A DNA stretch of 64,000 bases, taken from assembly GCA_965235115.1 (NCBI GenBank), contig OZ249436.1:6140001-6204000 (forward strand). Reading direction: 5' to 3'. The notes below the pieces were generated by a model. That model was not told the origin of the DNA, did no database searches, and saw only the letters and a program-made list of their open reading frames with translations. Origin of the DNA: Laetmonice hystrix (taxonomy: Eukaryota). This document shows positions 41,205 to 52,025 of the stretch, piece after piece; the stretch's first letter is position 1, and each line of letters starts with the position of its first letter. A program made the position numbers and the translations under genes.

Positions 41205-42412
41205 TATAAATCAAATCTTTATTCTCCCATTCACCAAAGATGTTAAAATGTTGAGCATATACATTTTTTGGTATAGATCTATATAGGCCTGCATGCTGTA
41301 TAGTCATGCGATGGACTGAATCGGGCCAGGAGCTTTATTATTTCTTTTATAACACATGAAAGGAACAAGAACAGGGTATATATGAGTATATGAGTATATG
41401 AGTATATGAGTAAACTCCATTAAAGCTAACAAGAATGTTATAAAGTCTGTCAGAAAACCCCATTAACTATTGTAGTTAACTTTGATGTGTAGTCACTTTG
41501 AATACAAGGAGAGGTCGCCCACTGTCTATGGCCTCTATGACTCTTTCAAATGTATTTATTCATTACGAATTATGTTATATATGAATTATTATTTATAACT
41601 TGACCAATTATGAGACATATTGACACAAAATCTGTCATGATGACCTTTTACGAGCCAATGCTGCGCCTGCCCGTTATTAATGTTCCTGTATTGTATAATA
41701 GAACCAGAGACAATATTATGCAGCATAGGTTGACTATCAATAAAATTCGTATACCTGCGTCAGAGATGTTTCACCTCAGGGCATCTCTGCTATAGCAATT
41801 CAAACTCCAGAGAATCAGTGGTTTTATGACAAAGGGCTGGGGGTATGTCGGATAGGTACGCAGGACTCGGAGGGAATCTGACGAGCCTTCTCAACCTTTG
41901 TCGGAGTCTAATCACTGAAGTCTAAATGTTTATGAGGAGTATCATATACATATATCACGCCCAAGGTATACATACTGATTTCAGTATGTATGATGGCAGG
42001 AAGGATGTATGTACTGATGTATTGATGACCATAAGATAACGTCTTCAAGTTGAGAACGGCGCATTCTGACATACCTAGGGGGCGCCACGTGACACTATCG
42101 ATGTAAGTGCAGGCTGGTACATGCAGTGGTAGCATTCAACCATGCTTTCACAACATCACGTACCTTTGTACTATCTGTGACTGTTGTTTGGCCATTTTTC
42201 TGTAGTCACATAAATGAATAAATATGCATAAATTAATTATATCTCGATAGCTAACATGACGTGAGAGTACTTGCTCATCTATGGTCAACGAGATGCACGA
42301 AAGTTATAGCTTGGCCTGGAGGAAAAATACACTGACAAGAGATGACGAACGCATTATGGCACGGTTGTTTAAATTACATCCTTCCGCGTGGCACATAGAA
42401 AGGAAATAAATA

Positions 42413-42493
42413 TTTATCTCGTACAAGTGTACTTTATCTCGTACAAGTGTACTTTATCTCGTACAAGTGTACTTTATCTCGTACAAGTGTACT
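42413..42493. repeat. 20-bp tandem repeat, 4 copies
   Basis: Unit TTTATCTCGTACAAGTGTAC. Confidence 0.93.
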
Positions 42494-42742
42494 TATATTT
42501 TAACAATACGTGGAATTTCACAATGTAATCGAAACTATTTCAGCTTTATAATTGTATTTATGCTCTTCGGTTGCACATGAGGACTGCCATATCGTATAAT
42601 GCCCCAGCGACGTGCATGCATGAGGCGGGCCGTGCCATGTGGTGCATGCCTTCAGCCGGCGACCTGACAGAGAACCAACAGACAGCGACCTGCTGGACCG
42701 TTCGCTGTCACAGGCCGCAGACGGGTGAGCAGGACACTGCCA

Positions 42743-42905
42743 CCTGTGGCAGGCTGTTTCCTGTGGCAGGCCGTGCTGGCAGGTGGCGCATACCCAACAG
42801 TGCGGCAGGCCGTGCTGGCAGGTGGCTCTCACCCCACCCTGTGGTAGGCCGTGCTGGCAGGTCGCTCCCACCCCACCCAGTAGCAGGCCTTGGAGGCAGG
42901 TCGCT
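42743..42905. repeat. Degenerate ~39-bp repeat, ~4 copies
   Basis: Recurrent core GCAGGCCGTGCTGGCAGGT. Confidence 0.8.
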
Positions 42906-43815
42906 CTCTCCTTTTGCTGCCTGTGGTGAGCGCGCCGCCCGCTCTGTCGACAATGTACCATTATGAGTGGTGAACTGTTGTTGTACGGTATATACGACAG
43001 GTTACGTTTCTGTGACATATCCGTGTCTGTCATGGATCGGCAATCATCTGTCCACATCCGCCGTGTAATATAACAATATCCTTTAAACTGACACCTTTGA
43101 GTTCCGTGGGGAAGGCGTATAGACGGATGGACGTGATGGGTTTAGGATGTCAGGTTTTGTTCTGACAGGTCCGGGATGGTATCTACTCCCAGATACCAGG
43201 ATGGTCGGGGGGTGAGGGGGGGGGGGGGGGGGCGAGGGACGACCACAATCACAGTCCTCTTTGGCTGGTTACTTATCGTGGATATAGTGACCGTAATACA
43301 GGGGTGGATCAGAGATTGGGGTTGCAAGTCAGGGGGTATACTGTAGGTCCCTATATGTCTGTATGGAAAGTATATGGACTCGTATAAAATATATACATGT
43401 TTATAAATATGCAACAAAGGTTTAAGAGGTTCAAAAGTATCTACGCTATAGAATTAACGATTGGACACGTTAAGTGTTTACCTGTAATAGCGAACACGCA
43501 TGTCCGATATAGCCTAAGCATGCATGAATATTTCAAAATTACACTGAATGGGACCTACAGGACTGCCTTACACTGTCGACACGTGACCTTGAGCAGACCT
43601 ACAGGACTGCCTTATTACACTGTCGACACGTGACCTTGACCAGGCCGTTAGACAATGCACCTCAAGCACATCACATTATTATGTATTATACCAAACAAAG
43701 ACATTTATACCTTAATGTAATCAATTGATTTATTATTATGATCCTGCTTATATTAACAGATTTTCAGAGCTCCATTACTGAACAGAAAGGTGTAGACCGA
43801 AAATAACCGCGTTTA

Positions 43816-43922
43816 TGTACACTACAACTGTGTGAGTGTACACTACAACTGTGTGAGTGTACACTACAACTGTGTGAGTGTACACTACAACTGTGTGAGT
43901 GTACACTACAACTGTGTGAGTA
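43816..43922. repeat. 21-bp tandem repeat, 5 copies
   Basis: Unit GTACACTACAACTGTGTGAGT. Confidence 0.94.
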
Positions 43923-46296
43923 TACAATATGTGTACACTGACTGGATGCACGCTGCACGCAGCAGCAGTGCATGGACTGACCCCCTCTCTGCGTGCCTGT
44001 CCCATCAACGATCTATAAAGTGACGGTCAAAAAAAAACAAAACATGGACAGCTAGGGATACCACGGACCGCTGTTTACATCTCACTGGTCAACAGGCCAG
44101 GAAGAGATCAGCCCCCCACCACCACCACCACCATCATCACCACCACCGCCGCCACCAGTTATATTATTGTTTGCGTTCCCACCGTGCATGTGTTACACGT
44201 CTGTTACACCGTATGCCTATATAACGTGAGTCTGTTCTCCAGGCCACACCTGTCCCTCAGACATCAACGTATATATGTATATTACGTTAGGTTCCTTTCC
44301 CATTTATACTGTTGCCCTTTAATAAAACCGTTATAATGTACGCTAGTTATATATTCGTCCATACGGTCGTGTACCAACCCGAGGTGGGACAAACACCAGG
44401 CATTAGCTGTTCAACACCCGGCCTAACTGTTCAAACACCAGGCATTAGCTGTTCAACACCCGGCTAGCTGTTCACTGCGTGCTAGACGTCATTGCGTCAG
44501 CACACCTCGGATCATCCATCATGGTATCGCATGATGTGGGAATGAGTGAAGTACACTGCCAGCATCCACTACCCGCCTGGCATGCAACCCGTTATACATC
44601 GCTCTGCTATATAACCTTATCCCTGCTACCATGGACGTCCGCACCAGATGGGCGATAATAGCGTGATACGTCTGACAACAAAGCACCATAGATCTTTCCT
44701 GCCCGTCAGAGCCGTTCGTACCCGGCTAGTTTATTCTCTCCTGGATGACCCAGTGGCCAACCTCCTGGTGTGTCTACACCCGCCCCTATCGGACACACAA
44801 ACATGCCCCAGAAAACTGCGCCTGAATTCTAGGATAAAATTAATGAATTAGATCATAACAACATGGAAACATTACTGCATAATCTCACAATTAAATTGAA
44901 TAGAAATTTAATTAAGAACGATGGCTGGATGATGTGCAAGAAAACATTATAGGCCGGTGCCTGTGACTGGGTCCGCCGATGATAAATGGCTTGTCTATTC
45001 ACACTGGATTAGGTCAAAATATCTGCAGCAGTAAATAATGGATGGACCTGGAACACTCTAACGTATCATCCCAAAGCTATTTAATAATTGGCAAACAATC
45101 CACGTAATATCCTGCCATATTCTCGATAGAATCGTCTGGATCACACTAGGCCTAGACACTGCTCATGCCACTCCTAAACCACATCCCACCCCAGTTAGCT
45201 AAGATGAGACTTTATAAAAAAAAAAACCAAAAAAAAAACATCAGAGAGATGGGGAATAAATGAGCATCGTGGCGAGTGATTCATTTTAAACTGAGTCGTT
45301 GGGATGGTAGAGGTCCCATATTGGCAGTGTGTATCCCGAGCTACCCTGCCGTCCCTATGATTTATTAACGGCTCTAAGCCACAGGGGAGGGGTATAAATA
45401 TTTACAAGATCTAGTATCCAAACAATCCTATCCAAAGATATATGCCCTCAAGGCTGGGGTATGAAATTAATATTTGTTGACCATTGCGGTACGTTACATG
45501 TTGTCATTAGTGTTAATACGGGGCTGCCAAACGGATTAGATTTATGGCCAGGAATGAACACGATACCGCCGACACGAACGGCTATTAACTGGAAATTACA
45601 ACTAAAAAACCACGAAATGTCCAATAAATCAAAAGCCAAATGGGATTCGATCAATCATAAACGGGACCGCTGCCACGGAACGTATTAGTGGCACGGCGGC
45701 CGCCTGGACGGCTTGGACGGCCTCGGTCGATGACGGCTGCCGTGACGCTTGGCGCCCGTCTCGCAGCTGATCGCGTGAACTGTCGGCCGGCGTGAGGCGG
45801 GGGGCAGGCCCGGCCCGGCGTGAGGAGGAGTGGGGGCGGGGGGCAGGCCCGGCCCGGCCCAGCCCAGCCCGGCGCGAGGAGGGGGGGGGGGGTGCTAGAG
45901 CTGTGCCTTCCCGCTAATTTCAGTAATCACCAAACGCAACTGGGCACGAACATGGCAGGGCGGCTTTAGTCTATATGTAGAGGGATTGTGGTAATAACAA
46001 ACGAGCACCCAGCTGGCCCAGATGATCGCGGCGAATTATTAACCATGGCCGGCTATCGATCAATGCGGTACTCCTCTCCGTCCAATGTACACCATTGTGA
46101 ACACATGTTGCCAATTGGGAACGCACCGGTTTCGTGACAGGGAAATAATACCCGATAACTTCCCGATGTATTAATTACCCCACAGCGGTGTAGATTCCAT
46201 ACCCCCTGCTCGGGGTATACATGTGGCTAGGCGGACATGTGGACCCGGTCACCAAAATCTACGCACCGGTATAGAAAGACCCTCCATATTATGTAT

Positions 46297-46543
46297 ACGG
46301 ACCCGGTATCGAAAGGCATTCTACGGACCAGGTATAGAAAAACATTCTACGGACCCAGTATAGCAAAACATTCTACGGACCCGGTATCGAAAGGCATTCT
46401 ACGGACCCGGTATAGAACGACAATCTACGGACCCGGTATCGAAAGGCATTCTACGGACCCGGTATAGAAAGACATTCTACGGACCCGGTATAGAAAGACA
46501 TTCTACGGACCCGGTATAGAAAAACATTCTACGGACCCTACGG
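46297..46543. repeat. 26-bp minisatellite, ~9 copies
   Basis: Unit ATTCTACGGACCCGGTATAGAAAGAC. Confidence 0.93.
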
Positions 46544-48156
46544 AATCTACTCCCTTCCCCACAAAATATGCCCATGGTGTGACTTAGGTAATACTTTATG
46601 CATCCGTGATCGGATTTTCCATAACATTGTAACTATAAGTCGGCCCTGAACTGCATCATACGACTTGGTACCTATATAAGTGAAGTATAATCGGGATATC
46701 TGGATATAACAATAACCTTTAAACCCATGACACATATAATACAGATTCAAGCCGGAGGAAGTGAGAATCGGTAAAAAAAAAAGTCATCTCAAGCAACACG
46801 ATTTGAGAGAGTAGAAAAAAAACTGACTCCAGGGTGTCGGAAAGAGAGAGGTTAAGGGAGCCACCCCCAATATCACTCGTCACCCCATATGTAACCATTG
46901 AGTGATCAGACATGACCCCCGCACACTCCAGACTTGCCCTCACCCCAACTTTCACCACCTTCCGACACCCCCGGCTGTGTGCTGACACCATGCCGTCCCT
47001 ATTAGAGCTAACATGGTCGGAAAAACCGCCACACATCGTCATAGAGGAGTGCAAACTAAAGAAGAATAACAAAACGTGGATTTCTGTGTTAATAATCTCT
47101 GTAATATATTTCCTACCTGGTTGTCCCAGACAGATCAATTTACACAACAAGAAAAACGAGACTGAGATCGTCTTGGCCGAGTACATGAAAAACCGCTTCC
47201 AGTCTGTCAATTCATGGGTTCATCCTCAATAACACACTTCCTGGTTAAACAAAACATTACTTAATAATCGATTTCTTTCTTTCTCAAGATTGTCCGGATA
47301 AATATAGCGCGAGATTTTGCGTCAAGGATGCGTGGACATTTGAAACTGGTCCGTGTGAGCACTAGGTAGAGAAATCCAATGGGTCCAGTCTCTCAATCAT
47401 TGCTGACGTATGGCCGGACGTATGTGGCAAGGAGAACGTCTAGCGGGCTGTCCCGTCCACACCCACCGTGTCCGCATCAGTGTCACCACCATACGAAGTG
47501 TAATCCAAACAAAACGAGGAATACGAAAAGTCCGGTTACGACACAACCACTCCCAGCACCCGGCCGGAGCATTTCCTTCAATCCAAATAACTTTTGATAG
47601 GCTCGGTACAAAATAAAGACTCAGTGTCCAATCACTCCTCAGTACTTCAATATTATTATATTAAATATATACACAATTATGTACAGTCTCAGTTCAAACA
47701 TTGGTTCCTCTGGGAGGACATTAAAATCATCACCTTTCGTTCATGTACATTTCATTATATATAGCTTACTTCAACAATAAAGCTTATATTTCAGAGTTTA
47801 TGAGTGGGCGAATTCCCCGGCTTGGGTTCAGCTCTGAGGTATCCCGCCGCAGAAACTGACCCGCAGCCATGTGAACAATACCTTGATGAATGATGTGCAC
47901 ATGAGATGTGCCCAGATCCGTGACTTAACAAATGATCCACGGGGTGAACGAATGTCATTATTGGCATTGAGATTTTGCTAAATTCAATATTTTAAAAAAA
48001 CACGAGAAACTCATGCTTTCTCTTGATGGCATTTGTCTATCCTTGGCATTCTTCCTTACACACGAGAGTGCGTCCGTGCCTCAGTGGTTTGTGTGTGTAT
48101 TATAATCTTGAGTTGCTGCCAAAGTTTATTATTGATTTGATGAAGTCCTATTCTAG

Positions 48157-49761
48157 TCATGGGGCCACGGCCGCTCCCAACCTCTGTCCGTAGAGAGCGT
48201 AGGGCGAATAGTAGGCTCCTAGGGATGGGCCGCCGGGCAGGGAGGCTTGGAGGGCCGCCGGGCTGGCTGACAACCCGGACAATGGTGATTTAGTGTATGG
48301 ATGGTACCTTGAGGCGGCCAGCAGTGTGTTGGGGCTTAGACTGCGCCCGTACGCTTGACGTATAGAGTTAGGGCTGAGTGAGCCGGGCGTCGCGTAGTGT
48401 GACGGGCAAGCTCCAGTCAGCGGGGAGGGCATGGACAGCCCGGCCAGCCCGGGGTAGGCCGCCTGCATGGCAAATGATGCGGCCGTCTCGCCACTAGCAG
48501 TGTGAGTCCGTAGATGTTGCAGTAGTTCATCAGATGTGCTGAAACGTTTTCCACAATAGTCCGACCCGGCCACCCAGTTACACACGTACGGCATCGTTTG
48601 GTGCCCAGGGAGGACGCCAAAAGCATGCGGGTAGAGAGAGGAAGCCGAAGCTCCGAGTCCACTTGGAAGAACAGATATTGTCCCCATACCGCCCGCTGTC
48701 AGTGCTGAGTGCATGGACGTGGGCACCACAGTCTGCATGGACTTCTCGTGGTTACATTGCGTACAGCCAGCCGCGCATGTGTTCGACGTCAGCTGTGCAC
48801 TTTGCATGGTAATCTGACAGTTGGTACAGTACGGGTCCCGGCAGATGGGTACCAGGGTTGTGGCACCGGACGTCGTCTTGACCCGGGCGTACGTGTAGGG
48901 CGAGATGGCGGCGTGGCTGTGTTTAGCGACCGCTGACAGACTCATGGCCCCGTGGGCGGACAGCGCGGCCGAGTGAGCGTGCATGGAGGCCGTGTGGGCA
49001 TCGAGCGACATTTGGTGACCGAGCCCGAGCGGCAGGCAGCCGGCGTATGCCCCCAGTCCCGGCGGCAGAACCCCTGGGTGGGACATTAAACCGTCCATCG
49101 GTTTCAGCATACTAGATCCCATACTGGAGGTGGTTGGCACTGATGCCGGTTTGTGGAGACCGGCTGCTTGCGCAGACTCCTGATGGTTCACCTCTAGCAA
49201 CATGTTACCACAACTTAAACTGATCCGACTGTTACTGTTGAGTCCGGCCGAGGAGCCGGACACCGACACCGACTGGCCGTGTGAGCTTCCCCCGGACGTA
49301 TTGTCCCTCTCCCGGTCACGGTCACGCTCCCTCTCTCGCTCTCTCTCCCTCTCCTTGTCCCTGTCGCTCTTAGACGACGACTCGGGTGTCGATGAGGCCT
49401 TCCGTCCCGGGGAGTGTGAGATGGGTACCAAGGGTGGGATATCCTTAGGTGGAGGGGCACGGAAACTTGACTTGGACCCGGAGTCAGACCCAGGCGAGCC
49501 GCTGCTGTCCCGAGGCTTGTCATCCCGGTGGCTTGTCTTACTCTCTGGAGGTGATTTACTCCTGTGTTTGCTGTCTGAGTGACCCGGGGAGTCGGACTTG
49601 GGAGGGTTGGGTGATGATCTGGAGCCACGACTTGAGGAATTGTTGCCATCCTTGGAGGATTTCTCTATGGGCGGGATGAGCGACTTGGACGGGGTCGTAT
49701 CCTTTCCAATGCTACTGCACGTCTGGGCCAACAGTGCCAGTGGCGACTTCTTGGCGTCCAA
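48157..49761 (-). CDS. noc: NET-family (ZNF503/ZNF703/Noc/Elbow-like) zinc-finger repressor, coding exon 2 (534 aa plus stop; full protein 555 aa)
   Basis: Acceptor TTGTTACAG| at 49762. Sp box SPLALLAQTCSSIG (~49705-49746), buttonhead box CRDPYCTNC (~48817-48843), a single C2H2 finger YVCNWVAGSDYCGKRFSTSDELLQHLRTH (~48500-48588), RYHPY motif and C-terminal YYSPYALYGQRL. This is the diagnostic NET-family architecture. Confidence 0.96.
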   Translation of the reverse strand: MDAKKSPLALLAQTCSSIGKDTTPSKSLIPPIEKSSKDGNNSSSRGSRSSPNPPKSDSPGHSDSKHRSKSPPESKTSHRDDKPRDSSGSPGSDSGSKSSFRAPPPKDIPPLVPISHSPGRKASSTPESSSKSDRDKERERERERERDRDRERDNTSGGSSHGQSVSVSGSSAGLNSNSRISLSCGNMLLEVNHQESAQAAGLHKPASVPTTSSMGSSMLKPMDGLMSHPGVLPPGLGAYAGCLPLGLGHQMSLDAHTASMHAHSAALSAHGAMSLSAVAKHSHAAISPYTYARVKTTSGATTLVPICRDPYCTNCQITMQSAQLTSNTCAAGCTQCNHEKSMQTVVPTSMHSALTAGGMGTISVLPSGLGASASSLYPHAFGVLPGHQTMPYVCNWVAGSDYCGKRFSTSDELLQHLRTHTASGETAASFAMQAAYPGLAGLSMPSPLTGACPSHYATPGSLSPNSIRQAYGRSLSPNTLLAASRYHPYTKSPLSGLSASPAALQASLPGGPSLGAYYSPYALYGQRLGAAVAP

Positions 49762-51434
49762 CTGTAACAAACAGAGCCAAAAGATCTTTAGTAAAACGAA
49801 CTCAATGCAAGATGTCATCATCATAATTCTAGGGAACTATTTCAACTAACGTTTGGAATGCTAAGAACTACATTTCTACGCGTAAACCTCTTCCACATTG
49901 TAAACCTTTATTTAGCACCCTTCGTCCCCAGCCTATGTGATCTAACAATGATCGGGACCAACACTGACGATTATCACCCTTCGTCCCCAGCCTATGTGAT
50001 CTAACAATGATCGGGACCAACACTGACGATTATCACCCCTCGTCCCCAGCCTATGTGATCTAGCAATGATCGGGACCAACACTGACGATAATCGTCCCGT
50101 ACCAATTCTACCATCAGCACTGGGCCCCACAATTCATTTCAAGACGAAATACGTGCCAAACTGATGGGAAAGTTCAATATCTATCGTTCTGTAAACAGCA
50201 CCAGTTGAAGAATCTCAGCACATAATGATGAATAAGCAGCTGCCAGTTTACTGGCACGATCTCTGTAAACACTACACTTTGTTGATTGGTAGAACAGGCA
50301 TTGCCGCCAATATGGCGTCTCTCGCGAGGTTCCCCTGCCCACCGGTGGGGGCAGCACTATCCGAGCACTCTCTCTCACTACGATCCCAACACTCTCGATT
50401 TGTCCTAATATTAAGGAGATTTAGTTTTAAAATTACAAACTGTGGCACTCAAACATGTTTAAACGTGCCTTAACATTACTTTACGGTAACATATACGCTT
50501 ACTAAAGCTAAGTTTCCTCTACCATGTTGTTGACCACACTAGGGCCACATGACAGGGCCAATCTGTTTCATGAGTTCGGCGCTTGGTGGCAGCAGTGTCA
50601 AGGCGTACGTACCAACCGTCCCACATCGTGCCAATAGTTTGACTATAGGCTTGCTAACGTGCCACAGCGATTCAGACTTATACAAACATGATTTGCCCTA
50701 GTATAGACCTGTTTACGTGTATTAGGCGGCGATATCAGGACTAGATCCTGACAGTGGTCCACTAAACCTGTCTGTAGGAAGCCTAACGTCAGCCGACCAC
50801 CACCACCAGCCTGGCCGATCGTACGCAGGCCTACCAATGCCAGCGCTGGTATTCAGGGAACTTTAAGAGATGGTATATGGTGGTATTTAGTGACCTGCTA
50901 CTGGATACAAGTCCACGCCATTCAGCTAACAACCCTTGGCAATCACAGATAAACAAACAAAAGGCTAAAGAAGCTCTAGTAGATCGATGGGCCGGCAGTT
51001 TCATTTTTTTCCTTGACCAAAACAGACTGCCAAGCGATCTAAGGCGGACGTACAGGAGGGAACCTACAGGAGCCTATGTTAACTTCTCCCGGTGGGACGC
51101 AAGCAAACTAATGTCTGTGACAAACAGGCAGAGTCTGTGTGACTGACAGTGCTGACCTCCGACGTTAACCGGCTAGAGTCGAGTCTGTGCCGCTATCCGG
51201 TCCCGATACCGTCCCGTGCCGCCAAGTTACTATCGCACTACCAGTATCACTACAAGTACTGTCAACCACAGGCCGAGTGGGAACACCGTGGGAACCTCTA
51301 ACACCGCCAAAACGGCATGTCACCCCCCTCCCTGGTCGTGACAATGTGGAAGGGTTGTCAGGCAAAGGTTTAGAAACAAGAACAACATCGAAAGGAAACC
51401 ATAGGCAGAGAACACTCACTTCATCGTAACTCAC
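49762..51434 (-). other. GT-AG intron of the NET gene (1673 nt, phase 0)
   Basis: GTGAGT donor and pyrimidine-rich ...TTTGTTACAG acceptor. Splicing restores the conserved PLPTTLDAKKSPL sequence. Confidence 0.92.
49916..50097. repeat. ~59-bp tandem repeat, 3 copies, inside the NET intron
   Basis: Unit CACCCTTCGTCCCCAGCCTATGTGATCTAACAATGATCGGGACCAACACTGACGATTAT. Confidence 0.93.
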
Positions 51435-51497
51435 CGTGGTCGGGAGTGGTTGAAGGTAGTCCGGGTGCAGGTACTGCGAGGCTGACGACGTTAACAT
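51435..51497 (-). CDS. noc: NET-family (Noc/Elbow/Tlp-1; ZNF503/ZNF703-like) zinc-finger repressor, coding exon 1 (MLTSSASQYLHPDYLQPLPTT)
   Basis: ATG in a perfect Kozak context (GCCACCATG). The 21 codons carry the YL-P-YLQPLP motif that precedes the Sp box in NET proteins. A consensus donor ACG|GTGAGT follows at 51434; the phase-0 join to exon 2 gives ...PLPTT-LDAKKSPLALLAQTCS. Confidence 0.93.
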
Positions 51498-51749
51498 GGT
51501 GGCACGGTGATGGCTGGCTACCCGTGAGGATGGGTGTACAGCCGGTAAGAGCGTCAGTCCCGGGCCCGACGAGTAGGGTTCGAGGCCGCTATAGCTTGCC
51601 AGGGTAAAGCCGTACTCTCAAGTGATGTGCCTGTCAGGTAACCGTCCACGGCACTCAATAATAGGTACACTCCTGGTGAGGTTCACTGTAACAGTGACTG
51701 TATAGGCGCTGTGTGAGCGCGCGTTCCACGTCTGTACTCGCTGGTGTCT

Positions 51750-52025
51750 CAACACTGACTGAGCACTACAACACACGCCGCACTAGTTTTACCGATCGCC
51801 GCGCCGCCTAGCGCCAACCCCCTGCCACGCACGCTGCACACCACATAAATTTGCCGACAACACTTGTGAATTACTCGGAGATGAAACGGCTTTGCCGCCT
51901 TCCAATCAAAACGTAAATTAGGAGTGATATCACGCTGCGATTGGAGGATTGCGCTCAGCGCGCTGTCAGCTTTGATAAATGTCGTCGGTGATAAACGACC
52001 ATGTGACCACGGCCCACCAATCGCG
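51750..52025 (-). promoter_or_regulatory. Putative core and proximal promoter of the NET gene
   Basis: Minus-strand initiator TCAGTC at 51757-51762 with a TATA-like TAAAA about 30 nt upstream (51787-51791). CCAAT boxes near 51902, 51940 and 52017. No ATG between the initiator and the start codon. Confidence 0.5.

Noticed and set aside
49762..49824. N-terminal MMMTSCIEFVLLKIFWLCLLQ of the 555-aa ORF in the track
   Set aside because: It is intron sequence upstream of the splice acceptor; the real N-terminus is exon 1 at 51435-51497.
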